Of a stretch of 64,000 nucleotides of DNA, positions 21,225 through 32,136 are shown in pieces. Each line of letters opens with the position of its first letter. Within the stretch, counting starts at the first letter, position 1. The notes under the pieces are model-generated. The model made no database searches. It had not been told where the DNA came from and worked only from the letters and a program-made list of their open reading frames with translations. The position numbers and the translations under genes are program-made. This DNA comes from Bryobacterales bacterium (GTDB lineage: Bacteria > Acidobacteriota > Terriglobia > Bryobacterales > UBA6623): contig OY729428.2 of the NCBI GenBank assembly GCA_963422375.2, positions 256,001-320,000 of the forward strand, read 5' to 3'.

Positions 21225-21885
21225 GACTTTGCGCGGCTCCTTCAACGTCTCGCGATCTATCGAGGTCGCAGGGCGGATTGTCGATAGCGGGCCGCAGCAA
21301 TCACGAGAGCTGGCGGTCCCGCGTGCGACGGATCCAACGGCGGATCACCTACCCGATGGCCCCCTCGCGTCCGAAGCGAGAGCAAGCGTGCTGACGGCAC
21401 AGGCAGGCGAGCGCCAAGGATCGCTACGCCCCCTCCCCGAGGCGGAACTCCAGACGCACCGCTGCTCCCACCGGCGGATGCGTCCGCGGAGAGCTGCAGC
21501 CGCGGTGCCGTCGGCTTGCATCCAAGGCGCGAGGGTGCAACGGTCCGGCCAAGCCGCCTCCCTGTCGCAGGCCTGGTCGTCGTATTCGTGGCGTTCAGGA
21601 TCGATGCCGCCCTGTCCGCCCAGCGGAACGACCGCAGCAGCATCATGCAAACCGGCGAGAACCGGGACAGAATCGACGGCCCGCACCATGCGCTCAGGAC
21701 CCGGCGCGGGGGATGCTTCCAGTCGGCACCCTTCGGTGGCTTCCCTGGAATCGCGACCGAACGGTCCGTGCGTCGCGGCCGGCGCCGCGGGGCCTGGGAT
21801 AGGATGATCCTGCAGCCCAGAGCTTGTTCGGTACGGCCCCTCGCAGCAAACCGACCAGAGTCAGCGCCCGCGCCGTCGAATTCGG

Positions 21886-24465
21886 ATGGAAACCCTGCTG
21901 GAGCTCCTGCCCAGGATCGAAAGCCTGGGATCTAGGGAGGCGCTCCGTTTCTGGAACGGATACCGCACCCGACGCTGGTCCTATCTCGACTTGGACACCG
22001 GCATCCGTCGATTCGCTGCTTATTTGGACCATCGGGGGATTCGGGCCGGCGAGCGGTTGGTGCTGTGGTCCGAGAACCGGCCTGAATGGGTGGCCGTGTT
22101 CTGGGCCTGCCTGTCGCGTGGCGTTCAGATCGTGCCGCTCGACCGCAGTTCGTCAGCGAAATTCGTAGCGCGAATTGCCGTCCAGACCAGCGCAAGGCTG
22201 CTAGTGCATAGCGGCTCGGCTCCCGGCTTGACCGCGGGCGCGGGCGCGGAGCGCTTCGCGATCAAGTCCCTCAATGGACTGCCCCGCGGGCCCCGCACGG
22301 CCCCTGCGCGTGTCACGGGCGACGACGTGGTCGAAATCGTCTTCACCTCCGGGACCACCGCCGAGCCCAAAGGGGTCATCCACGTCCATCGCAACATCTG
22401 CTCCAATCTCGACCCGATTCGAGAGGAAATCGAGCGCTACAGGAAATGGGCCCGGCCCTTTCAGCCGATTCGGATCCTCGACCTCCTGCCGCTGAGCCAT
22501 ATGTTCGGGCAGTCCATGGGAATATTCGTGCCTCTCCTGCTCGAAGGCTCGGCGGCCTTCACGAGCGGGCTGCATCCGGCCGCGATCCGCAGCACGATTC
22601 GGAGAGAGCGAATCTCGGTCCTCGCCTGCGTGCCGCGCCTTCTCGAGAGCCTGCAAGCTCACGTGGGCCGCAGGCATCCCCGCTCCCGGGCCGTCCCGTC
22701 CCGTCCCGGCGGGCCCCTCCGACGATGGTGGCGCCATCGGGAAGTTCATCGTGAATTCGGCCTGAAGTTCTGGGCCTTCGTGGTCGGCGGCGCGAAGCTC
22801 GACCCCGAGATCGAAGCCTACTGGGCTAGGATCGGTCTGCTCGTGGTCCAAGGGTATGGACTCACCGAGACGAGCCCGGTGGTCTCGGTCAACCACCCTT
22901 TCCGAGCGCGGCGCGGCACGCTGGGGGAAGTGATCGGCAGCCAGGAGATCCGCATAGCCGACGATGGCGAGATCCTCGTGCGGGGCGAGAGCGTCGCGCG
23001 CGAATACCTAGAGAGCGGAGATCGCCGCACGCGCGCCGTGGATGACGCCGGCTGGTTCCACACGGGAGACATCGTCGAGCGCGACGCCGAAGGCAGGCTC
23101 GTCTACCGGGGCAGGAAGAAAGATGTTATTGTCACCCCGGACGGGATGAACGTGCATCCCGAGGACGTGGAGGGAGCGCTCGTGGCCGAGAGCGCGGTTC
23201 GGGAGGCTGTCGTTGTCCCGGTCGGACCGCCCGGCGCCGAGAGAGTCCACGCCGCACTCATTCTCGAAGCTCGCGCCGGAGACCTGCCGGCGATCATCGA
23301 GCGGGTGAACCGCCGGCTCGAGCCGCACCAGAGGATCCAAAGCGCCTCCGAATGGCCGGACGAGGAGTTTCCGAGAACGGCCTCTACGTTCAAGGCGCAA
23401 CGGCGCAAGGTCGCCGAGCGCCTGTCCATGACGGCGACTGCGGAGTCCGATCAAGACGGCACCTCCGCGCTGGACGCAACTCTCGTCTCGCTCACGCGAC
23501 GTCGCCGGGAAGACCTCTCCGACGACCGGCGCTTGGCGGAAGACCTAGGGCTTTCGTCGCTTGAGCGGATCGACCTGATGGCTTCGCTGGAAGACAGCTA
23601 CGGTGTCGAATTGGACGAATCGGCCTTCTCGGCCTTCTCGACCGTCGGCCAGGTTCGCGAATGGGTCGCCGGCATGGCGGGAGGCCCCTTGTCGCGGCGC
23701 TCGGAGGAATCCACCGGTCCGCCCGAGGGCCGGGGCGAGTCCGCGGTCGCGCGCGTGTCGCCTCCGCGCTGGGCCCGCAGCCGACCTGTCGCCGCGGTGC
23801 GCGCCGCGCTGAGGCGGGGGCTCTTACTGCCGCTCTTCCGGCATTATCTTCCCCTGTCAGTCGCCGGGCTTCGCAATCTGGAAGGCGTGGCGCCGCCCGT
23901 CATCTTCGCGGCCAACCATGCGAGCCACTTGGACACCGTCGCGATCCTTGCCGCGCTGCCGCCGGGATGGCAGGGGAAGCTCGCGCCGGCAGTTGGTCAG
24001 CAGCACTTCTTTCCCTCCGAAGGGAGGCCTTCGCTAGGACGGAGGATCGGGATGCGGATGCTCTACGGTCTCTGCTGCGGGCTGTTCAACGCCTACCCGT
24101 TGTCGCAGCACCTAGGCCAGGTCCGCGACTCGCTGCGCTACACCGGCGAACTCGTCGACCGAGGATTCTGTCCGCTGGTCTATCCGGAGGGAGGGCTGAC
24201 CCCGGATGGCGACCTGCAACCGTTTCGGGCCGGCATCGGACTCATGGCGCTGGGGATCGAAGTGCCTGTCGTGCCTGTACACCTCCAAGGACTCTACGAG
24301 ATCATGTCACGTCACGATTCGCGGCCGCGACGGGGTTCCGTACGGATCGAATTCGGGTCACCCATCGTTGCCCGCGAGGGCGAGGGGTACACTGACCTGA
24401 CGGCACGCATCGAATCCGCTCTTCGCGGGATCGCAGCGGAGAGCCGCCACAACCACGGCCGCTGA
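21886..24465 (+). CDS. Long-chain acyl-CoA/AMP ligase - acyl carrier domain - PlsC-type acyltransferase fusion
   Basis: FTSGTTAEPKG, QGYGLTE and WFHTGD (AMP-binding); DLGLSSLERI (Ppant Ser); NHASHLD and YPEG (PlsC). Confidence 0.9.
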   Translation: METLLELLPRIESLGSREALRFWNGYRTRRWSYLDLDTGIRRFAAYLDHRGIRAGERLVLWSENRPEWVAVFWACLSRGVQIVPLDRSSSAKFVARIAVQTSARLLVHSGSAPGLTAGAGAERFAIKSLNGLPRGPRTAPARVTGDDVVEIVFTSGTTAEPKGVIHVHRNICSNLDPIREEIERYRKWARPFQPIRILDLLPLSHMFGQSMGIFVPLLLEGSAAFTSGLHPAAIRSTIRRERISVLACVPRLLESLQAHVGRRHPRSRAVPSRPGGPLRRWWRHREVHREFGLKFWAFVVGGAKLDPEIEAYWARIGLLVVQGYGLTETSPVVSVNHPFRARRGTLGEVIGSQEIRIADDGEILVRGESVAREYLESGDRRTRAVDDAGWFHTGDIVERDAEGRLVYRGRKKDVIVTPDGMNVHPEDVEGALVAESAVREAVVVPVGPPGAERVHAALILEARAGDLPAIIERVNRRLEPHQRIQSASEWPDEEFPRTASTFKAQRRKVAERLSMTATAESDQDGTSALDATLVSLTRRRREDLSDDRRLAEDLGLSSLERIDLMASLEDSYGVELDESAFSAFSTVGQVREWVAGMAGGPLSRRSEESTGPPEGRGESAVARVSPPRWARSRPVAAVRAALRRGLLLPLFRHYLPLSVAGLRNLEGVAPPVIFAANHASHLDTVAILAALPPGWQGKLAPAVGQQHFFPSEGRPSLGRRIGMRMLYGLCCGLFNAYPLSQHLGQVRDSLRYTGELVDRGFCPLVYPEGGLTPDGDLQPFRAGIGLMALGIEVPVVPVHLQGLYEIMSRHDSRPRRGSVRIEFGSPIVAREGEGYTDLTARIESALRGIAAESRHNHGR

Positions 24466-24499
24466 CGCGGGCCCGGCCACCCTGCGACGTCCGCGGACC

Positions 24500-25021
24500 T
24501 CAGAGGCTGTCTTCGCAAGCCTGAGGCGAAACGGGCTCCACTTGCGGGGCCTCGTCGGCGGAACGCACGGGGAAGAAGATGTCGGTACGCCACTTCGAAG
24601 AGTCGGGCTCCGCGCCAGGGTCCGTCACATAGACCTCCCACGGCGCACCGGCACCTCTCAGCCCGCGCGACTCGATCCACTCCGTTAGCGCCTGCCAAGT
24701 GCCGCCGAGACCTTCGTAGGGGCCGATATGGGTGACGGTGGCCATGGTGCCGGCGGGCAGCTCGCCAGGCCGGACGCGCTCCGTACCAGCCAACGGCGAC
24801 GCGACCGGCATGGCGCACTCCAGATCGACGGTTCCGCCGTCCATCGAGTGGTAGATCGAGAACGGCATCCCGGCGGGCGCCTGCCCGCTGCCTTGAATGT
24901 GTCCGTATACTTCCCCGAACAGCGGCCCCATGATTTCGCCGAGCTGGTCCAGCGCGGCCGACACCCGAATGCCGACGTAGTGTTGCGCGGCAAGATCTGC
25001 GGTCCCGAATTCGGTCTTCAT
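24500..25021 (-). CDS. GyrI-like small-molecule-binding protein
   Basis: HIGPYEGL and PWEVYVTDP...WRTDIFFPV motifs. Confidence 0.85.
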   Translation of the reverse strand: MKTEFGTADLAAQHYVGIRVSAALDQLGEIMGPLFGEVYGHIQGSGQAPAGMPFSIYHSMDGGTVDLECAMPVASPLAGTERVRPGELPAGTMATVTHIGPYEGLGGTWQALTEWIESRGLRGAGAPWEVYVTDPGAEPDSSKWRTDIFFPVRSADEAPQVEPVSPQACEDSL

Positions 25022-25431
25022 CTGCTGTGCCCTCGAACTGGCCGATCATCCGCTACCCGACGTTCGACCATCCCGCATGACCTACCGTATCACACGTCGC
25101 GCTGTTGCGTGTAGCGGGAGCCGCCCGCCCAGTCCAGCCCGGCCCAACGGGTGCGAAGCGCCGCAAGCGGCAGCATGGGACCTCCCGGACGCGATACGGG
25201 GAGGAACGGCCTTGAGATCCGGTTCCGAATCGGCCCCGAAGTCCGTGCCGGGCTAGCGCACCAGCGCTCCCCGTGCCCCGTGAGCGTTGCGGCGCGGCCG
25301 TGCCGCGCCACCGACGGGGCCTTCCGCCGCGACTTCGGCGAGGCCCCGTTCGGCGAGCGGCGAGGGGCCTAGGTGCGACACAACCCTACATTCGGCAACC
25401 GTCTCTCGACCGGCGCAACGAGCGGCCCCTG

Positions 25432-26560
25432 CAACACGAAGCCGCGGGCGAACTACGAGCTGGCGCGCGCGCTGCGACGCCGGAATCCAGACTGGACGGA
25501 CAGGACCGTCCACGCCGAGCGGACCAACGCGATCGAGCACGGCGCGCCCAGCTCGGGATGAGCAAGGAAGCCGGACATCGCGGCGGCCCCTCCGCACCGC
25601 CAGCCGGTGATCGTGGAGACGGAGTTCCCGCCGGCCGCCGGGGTCGATCGGGAGGCGTCCGCCACGCTGGGCACACGCCTCCGCAGCACGGGGAAGGACA
25701 CCGACGGCGTCCTGTCCGTGGTTCTTCCGGAGGGCCTCGGGACAGGGGACCTGCGAGCGGTTGACGGTGCCGCTTGCCTCTACGCGACGCACTGCCTGGA
25801 CGCCGCGGGAGAGCCCGCCCAAGGGGAGTGCCTCGAGGGAGGCGTGGACGATCTCGCGGACGCCATCGGGCGCCTGTCCCTCTCGGGACGCCAGCTGGCG
25901 CGAGGGGCCGAGGCCTTGGAAGCCGCGGTGGCGCAGACGGCGGGCCTGCTGTCAGGGTATGCCGGCGAGCTGCACTAGGGAGCGGGCGAGCAGACCGAGC
26001 GCATGGCGGCGGCCATCTTCGTCTCTGCGTTCGTGTTCCACGCGGCGATCGAGGGGCAGCCGGGGATCCCGCCCGTTGCGCCGGCAGGTTCCATCTGCAA
26101 GGACGCGCTCCTGAACAGTTGAAACGCGATTCTCGCGGTCAATTGCTGGCCGGTCTTCAGCATCGCCCGCAATTTGGTTCGGGAGATTCCGCTCGGGGCG
26201 GCCCCGCCGGTCATGGCATGGAGCGCGTCGCGGAGTCCCTCGCCGCCGTTGCGGGGCTAGGCGCGACCAGCAATCACGACCTCACCGGGAGGATGTTCCA
26301 GACGCTGATCGCGAACCGCAGGTTCCTAGCCACCTTCTACCCCCTGCCCGAGTCGGCCGGCCTGTTGGCCGAGCTGGCGGGCGGGCGGCTGCGGCAGAAC
26401 TGGTCGGACCGGACCTTGATCGAGTATCTGCGGATGCCGGACTTCGCCTGCGGCACGGGGCCGTGCTCTCGGCGGCGCAGCGGGCGGCGTGCCGGCGCTA
26501 CCGGCGCGTCGGCGGCGGCAAGGACCTGCACCGGACACGGATGGAGCGCGTCCTGACGGA
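25432..26560 (+). pseudogene. Type IIG-like restriction-methyltransferase fusion, N-terminal remnant
   Basis: Across frames: KPDI...VIVETEF nuclease-like motif, QTERMAAAI, NCWPVFSIA, HDLTGRMFQTLIANRRFLATFY and SAM-binding DFACGTG; internal stops and frameshifts; boundaries approximate. Confidence 0.7.
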
Positions 26561-26659
26561 GCTCGACAGATCGCTCTGGAAGGAGCGTCCGAAGAATCAA
26601 AGAAATGCATTATGCTCTCATTTACTTACAGGTCCCTAGTGCTCGCTGCACGTTCGTTA

Positions 26660-27860
26660 TTCTCCGGTTTCGAGCGGCGCACAGAACTGGGATTATCTTG
26701 ATGCTTACGGCGACCATCGGTGCGAGCTCGACCATCTTCGCGGTCATCCATGGCATTCGGTTCGAACGTCTTCCGTTTCCGAAAGCGGAAGACTTACACG
26801 TCGTCTGGCATTCCTACCAGGGATGCGGCGTAGAGCAGGAGAGGGTATCTCCGCCTAGCTTGGAGTCAATGCCGTCGGCCCGAGGGCGCATTCGCCGGAA
26901 GCGCCGCCGTGACCCCTAGCAGGAGCGTGAACATCACTGTTGATGCGGGCGCGGAGCCGCTTCCTTCCCGACAGGTCGCAGTGGATCCCGACGTCTTCGG
27001 CGTGCTTCGCCTGTTCCCTGTCAAGGGTCGGCCGTTCGTCAAGGAGGACGCCGCGGATGCGGTGTCCACGCAGGTGGCGATCCTGACTTCCAAGATGTAG
27101 CTGCGGTACTTCGGTGACGAAGTGCCGCAGGGTCAGGCGAGTCTGTGGAGGCGGCCGGGGTACTCCCGCCTGAATTCCAGCTTCTTGGAGGGCAGCTATT
27201 TACGGCCGCAGTACCTGTCTCCCAGACAGCGGGACGCGAGCCAACTCGGCAACGACTACCTGATCCTCTACGCGCGAGCGAGGCGCGGTGCCACACTCGC
27301 CGAGATCCGCAGATTCCTCGGGGGGCTGACCGCGGAGACTCGCGCCGCCTACCCAGCGTTCTATCCGGCCAGCTAGGGCTGGCACCTCGTGGCAGTGCCG
27401 TTGCGGGCAGAAGTCATCGGCTCGACCCAAGAGCTCGTTCCGTTGCTGCTGGCTAGCTTGATCGCCGTAACGGCTATCGGCTAAGCGAATGTAACGAATC
27501 TTGTTCTGGCCCGGTCCGTAGCCGAGCATCGAGAGGCCTCAATCAGGGCGGCGCTGGGGTGCGGGCAGTCCTACCTGCTGATCGACCAGCTGACGGGGCT
27601 CGCTGTTCACTGCGTGGTGAGCGCCATTCAAGGCCTGGTGTTCGCACAAGCGCTCCTGCCCGGCAGGCTGGCTACGGTTCTGCGCCAGGAAGACCGCTTA
27701 GCACCGCCGTGGAGCTACGTCGACATTGACCTGACTGTCGTCGCATTCGCCTTCGGCGTGGCGTTCGTGTGCGGTCTACTGTCGTCGGCTGCCTCCTGGA
27801 CCGTCCTAGAGGGGAACCTCACTGGGGGCGCGAGCGGCGCGATCCGGACCATTTTCCGAC
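26660..27860 (+). pseudogene. ADOP/MacB-FtsX-like ABC permease remnant
   Basis: Fragments IGASSTIFAVIHG..LPFP, ANVTNLVLARS..REASIRAALG and IDLTVVAFAFGVAFVCGLL separated by stops and frameshifts; boundaries approximate. Confidence 0.75.
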
Positions 27861-27908
27861 AGCTCGCCCCCGCGCTAGGCTCGCGGCAGCTTCCGCCGAT
27901 GCCCCCCT

Positions 27909-28973
27909 TCAACGCTCGCCCGCGTTGAGTGTTGCCGGTAGACCGAGTGCGGCGGGCGCGCTTTGGCGTCGATCATAATTGCTCTCGTAGTAGCGCTGGT
28001 ACTCGCCCGACCGCACGCGCGCCACCCAACCCGAATTCTGCCGGTACCAGCGCGTCGTTTCCTCGAGCCCCCGCTCGAAGCCGACCGTTGGCACCCATCC
28101 TGTCTCCGCTTCGATCTTCCTGCCGTCGATCGCGTAGCGCCGGTCGTGTGCCGGGCGGTCCGCCACATGCCGGACGAGCGATTCCGCACGGCCGCAGTGC
28201 CGCAGGATGCGCCGGACCACTTCGATGTTCGGCAGCGCGGCCCTACCGGCCACGTTGTAGATCTCTCCCGGACGCCCCCGCTCGATGACGGCGGCAATCG
28301 CCTGGCAATGGTCGTCAACATGCAGCCAGTCGCGCACCTGCAGGCCGTCACCGTAGACTGGCAGCGGCCTCTCTTCCAGCGAATTCGCAATCATCAGCGG
28401 GACGAGCTTCTCGGGAAACTGGTAGGGCCCGTAGTTGTTAGAGGAGCGCGTGACGATGACGGGCAACGAATACGTCGCGCCGTAGGCGAGCGCCAGCAGA
28501 TCCGACGCAGCCTTGGACGCCGAATACGGGCTCGAGGGGTGCAGCGGGGCGGTCTCCGCGGCAATGCCCGGCTCGTCGATGCTTCCGTAGACCTCGTCCG
28601 TCGACACATGGACGAGCACCGAGGGAGGATGCTCCCGAGCGGCCTCCAGCAACGTCGCCGTTCCGTGAACGTTGGTGCTGACCGCGTCAACCGGCGCGAG
28701 GATGCTCCGGTCCACGTGGGTCTCGGCGGCGCAATGCACGACGACGTCGGGCCGGAACTGCCGGAACGCCCCGCGGACGGCCCCCTCGTCGCGCACGTCG
28801 GCCCGCTCGAACCGGAATCCCGCAGAGCCCGCCACAGGGGCGAGGTTTTCCAAGTTGCCCGCGTAGGTGAGGGCGTCGAGAACGAGCACCTCAGCTCGTT
28901 CCGAGCGGGAAAGAGTGGCCCGCACGAGCGCGGAACCGATGAAGCCCGCGCCGCCGGTAACCAGCAGCCTCAC
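27909..28973 (-). CDS. rfbB: dTDP-glucose 4,6-dehydratase
   Basis: VTGGAGFIGS, AAETHVDRSI, VSTDEVYG, YSASKA and NNYGPYQFPEK; GTG start overlaps the rfbC stop. Confidence 0.95.
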   Translation of the reverse strand: MRLLVTGGAGFIGSALVRATLSRSERAEVLVLDALTYAGNLENLAPVAGSAGFRFERADVRDEGAVRGAFRQFRPDVVVHCAAETHVDRSILAPVDAVSTNVHGTATLLEAAREHPPSVLVHVSTDEVYGSIDEPGIAAETAPLHPSSPYSASKAASDLLALAYGATYSLPVIVTRSSNNYGPYQFPEKLVPLMIANSLEERPLPVYGDGLQVRDWLHVDDHCQAIAAVIERGRPGEIYNVAGRAALPNIEVVRRILRHCGRAESLVRHVADRPAHDRRYAIDGRKIEAETGWVPTVGFERGLEETTRWYRQNSGWVARVRSGEYQRYYESNYDRRQSAPAALGLPATLNAGER

Positions 28974-29554
28974 TTCCGCTGCGTCTCCCAGTCGTAGGCG
29001 ATGGCCGGGGAGTCGTGCGGCAGCCGTCCCTCGTCGGAGGGGTCGTAGTGCCGGTCGGTCAGGTAGACCAGCATCGCCGATGTATCGCCAATCACTTTGT
29101 AGCCATGCGCCACTCCCGGCGGAATCAGCACCTGCCACGGGCGCAGGGCGCCGATATACAGGGTGTTGCGACGACCAAACGTAGGCGAGCCGTCGCGCAG
29201 GTCGCACAGGGCGGCCTGCAGCATTCCCTGGCAAGGCACCCAAACATCCGTCTGGAACGCATGGAAATGGAAGGCCTTCACCGTGGCCGGATAGTTCAAT
29301 GCCGCCGAGACCTGCGTAGAACCCGGCGGAAAGCCTGCCCCGAGGCCTTGGCCGAGCCGGGCGACCTCCAGAAAGTAGCCGCGGTCGTCGGGCCAGATCG
29401 CGAAGGGCGCGATGCGAACTCCCTCGATGAGGCCCTCGGAGCCGGGCTTCAGAATCACCTGGCCGAGGCCCTGTTCGCAGCGCGGCAGGCGCAGCCTGAG
29501 ACCGCCGGACTTCCGGAAGACCTCTCCGCCCAGGCCAGCCAACGCCGGGGACAC
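28970..29554 (-). CDS. rfbC: dTDP-4-dehydrorhamnose 3,5-epimerase family protein
   Basis: DDRGYFLE, KAFHFH, DLRDGSPTFG and IPPGVAHGY. Confidence 0.88.
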   Translation of the reverse strand: MSPALAGLGGEVFRKSGGLRLRLPRCEQGLGQVILKPGSEGLIEGVRIAPFAIWPDDRGYFLEVARLGQGLGAGFPPGSTQVSAALNYPATVKAFHFHAFQTDVWVPCQGMLQAALCDLRDGSPTFGRRNTLYIGALRPWQVLIPPGVAHGYKVIGDTSAMLVYLTDRHYDPSDEGRLPHDSPAIAYDWETQRK

Positions 29555-29555
29555 C

Positions 29556-30599
29556 TCAGGCCGCGACGGAGGCCGTCTCCGACCGCCCCGCCTTCCAGAG
29601 CTCGAGGTACGGCGCGATCTCGGCCATGGTCCGAGCGAACTGGTCGAACGTCATCGACTGCGCGCCATCGCTCCAAGCGCGCTCGGGCTCGGGGTGAATC
29701 TCCACCATCACACCGTCGGCACCCACGGCGACCGTCGCGCGGACCAGAGGGGGAATGAGGGCCCGCTTGCCCGTCGCATGCGCCGGATCCAAGATCACCG
29801 GGAGGTGCGTCAGCTGGTTCAGTACCGGCACGGCGTTGATGTCGAGCGTGTTCCTCGTGGCGGACTCGAACGTGCGAATACCCCGCTCGCAGAGGAACAC
29901 ATTCGGATTGCCGTTGGTCACGATGTACTCGGCCGACAGCAGGAACTCGGTGATCGTCGCGCTCTGCCCGCGCTTGAGCATCACCGGGCGCTTGGTCGTC
30001 GCCCCGACCTCCTTTAGCAACGGGAAGTTCTGCACGTTGCGGGCGCCGATCTGGAGCACGTCGGCGTAGTGGGCGACCAGCTGCACGTTGGTCAGAGTCA
30101 TGACCTCGGTCACGACCTTGAGACCGTTCTCGTCGGCGGCCTTGCGCAGCAGCTTGAGGCCTTCCTCCTCGAGGCCCTGGAAGCTGTAAGGGCTGGTCCG
30201 GGGCTTGTAGGCGCCCCCGCGCAGGAACCGCCCGCCCGAGGCAGCCACCGCTTCCGCGCAGGCCATGATCTGCTGCTCGGTCTCGACCGAGCACGGGCCG
30301 GCGATCACGGCGAAGTCGGAACCGCCGACCGAGACGTCCCCTACCTGCACGACGGTGCGGCCGCTATTGACCTGCTTGCTGACCAGCTTGTAGGGGGCGC
30401 TGATGGGCACGCCGTTCTCGACTCCTTCGACAGAGCGCAGCACCCCGATCGCGTGGGTGACGTTTCCGAGGCCGACGGCAGCGATGACCACCCGCTCGTC
30501 GCCCTGGATGGACCGGACCGAGAAGTCCATCTCCGCAATCCGGGCGCACACGCGCTCAATCTGTTCGCGCGTCGCGCCCGGCTTCATGGATATGATCAT
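29556..30599 (-). CDS. aroF: DAHP synthase (class I-beta, N-terminal regulatory domain)
   Basis: [39 protein letters not shown] and SDGAQS. Confidence 0.95.
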   Translation of the reverse strand: MIISMKPGATREQIERVCARIAEMDFSVRSIQGDERVVIAAVGLGNVTHAIGVLRSVEGVENGVPISAPYKLVSKQVNSGRTVVQVGDVSVGGSDFAVIAGPCSVETEQQIMACAEAVAASGGRFLRGGAYKPRTSPYSFQGLEEEGLKLLRKAADENGLKVVTEVMTLTNVQLVAHYADVLQIGARNVQNFPLLKEVGATTKRPVMLKRGQSATITEFLLSAEYIVTNGNPNVFLCERGIRTFESATRNTLDINAVPVLNQLTHLPVILDPAHATGKRALIPPLVRATVAVGADGVMVEIHPEPERAWSDGAQSMTFDQFARTMAEIAPYLELWKAGRSETASVAA

Positions 30600-31843
30600 G
30601 ACCGTACCTTTGGACTTGGAATCCTAGCAGACTCCCCCACCAAGCTCGCGTTCCCGCCTTGGACTCCGCGGGCGCACTACCGAGGGTCTCGGGTTGAAAC
30701 TTCTATGGCGCGGGAACAACGCTCGGCGTCTCGCTGCCCCGGGAAGCGCTCGCCGGGAGCGGACGGACTGTTGCGAGCCGAAGAACCAATTTAGCACGGC
30801 GGATGGCCGACCGTCTAGTCGGAGCCGGCCCCTATGCGACAGGAGCGTACGGCGGCAGGCGCTTCCAGCGTCAAACGCCCGCGAGCATGGTCGTCCAGTT
30901 CCAATGGGAGTCGCCGCAGACGCCCGGGCAACTGCCGCGGGCACCGAAAGACGGCCCGAGGATTCATGGCGGCGATGGCGGTTCCGAGGACTGCCGAGGC
31001 GCCTAGCCCGACCGTTCCGACGCACGCGACTCGATGCACCTGACGGGCTGCGGGACGAGACGGAGGCCGCGAACGTCTCGCCGGTGTGAACACGGTCCGC
31101 CATGCCGACGCGACCAATGCGAGGCCAAGGACTCCTACCGCGTCGACGATGTGGCCACGGTACCGAAGCAACCGTCGCGCCAGTAGGATCAAGCGGTTCT
31201 CGAAGCGAATCCGGTCTCGATGCCGGAGGACCGCCAAGATGTCCTCGCGAATCGCATTCTGGATTTCGCTAGAATGGCGGCTCCGAGTACACCCGCCGAC
31301 AGGTGCATGACATGGGGCCAAGCGACGCGCCTACTTCCCCGCCCCGCGACGAGAATGCGACGGAGGGCTGGCACATCCCGCCACGGCCGTCGGACCGAAC
31401 CGGTACGCGCCGTACAGCGTCCTAAAGACCGACTAGTCCGGCGACGCACGCCTGTGAGACTTCCTGCAAATTCGCTTCCCGCGACTCACCGCATCAGGGT
31501 GCGTCAGGTCATCGTAGCACGAGCCGTCAACTACCGACTGCATTGAACACCCGCTGTCTGTCCCAGAATCGTCAAGTCTCAAATTGCACTCGTCGTAAGT
31601 CCCTTCCGAAACACCTAGGTTGGGCCGCGGGCTAGCAGCCGCTGACAGTCGCGCGCGGTGAGCTAGCGGTCGCACGGCGGAAGCCACTGGCATGCGTGGT
31701 GCGTCAGCGTGAAGCACAGGGTGCGCGCTAGCGAATGAATATGATGCATCGCCCGCCGGGTCTGCAGGACCGCAAACCGACTGGACCGAAATGCACGAAT
31801 AGGGCTTGTCGCGCCGCAAGATCCTTCCAAATTACCTTCAGGG

Positions 31844-32136
31844 TCAGATTGTCAGTACCGTTCTATCGGTAATCCTAGCCTCTAGATGTGAAACAATATT
31901 TGCCAATTCTAGGTTCGAATCCGCCTGTATTTCCAGACATCTGGCGATTCCGTTCCGATCTGTGCTGTATCTTTTTGAGAGCTTCATCTGTGTTCTTTGT
32001 GGCGTATCTATATATCCATATACATGAAATTGGACTGGGTGCCCAAGCTTAGATTTTTCAAGATGGACAAATGAGAATTCACGTCGCATGTAGTGCATCA
32101 AGTGATCTTGTAAAACTAGCACAAGGTTTTTGTGAA
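31844..32136 (-). pseudogene. C-terminal fragment of a NotI-like restriction endonuclease
   Basis: AT-rich; HKNLVLVLQDHLMHYMRREFSF...STDRNGIARCLEIQA recalls the C-terminus of NotI-family proteins; the frame is cut exactly at the IS30 end. Confidence 0.65.

Noticed and set aside
21225..21885. 660-bp gap with short ORFs
   Set aside because: No recognisable protein or RNA motif.
30675..30700. Hairpin CCGAG-ggt-CTCGG followed by GTTGAAAC, resembling a CRISPR repeat 3' end
   Set aside because: Single copy with no spaced partner, short stem, and it lies in the aroF upstream region, outside the IS30-bounded cas block.
30800..31843. About 1 kb without a credible gene, searched for an array or leader
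   Set aside because: No periodic repeats or recognisable motifs by eye; the ORFs look like GC-rich noise. It remains unexplained.
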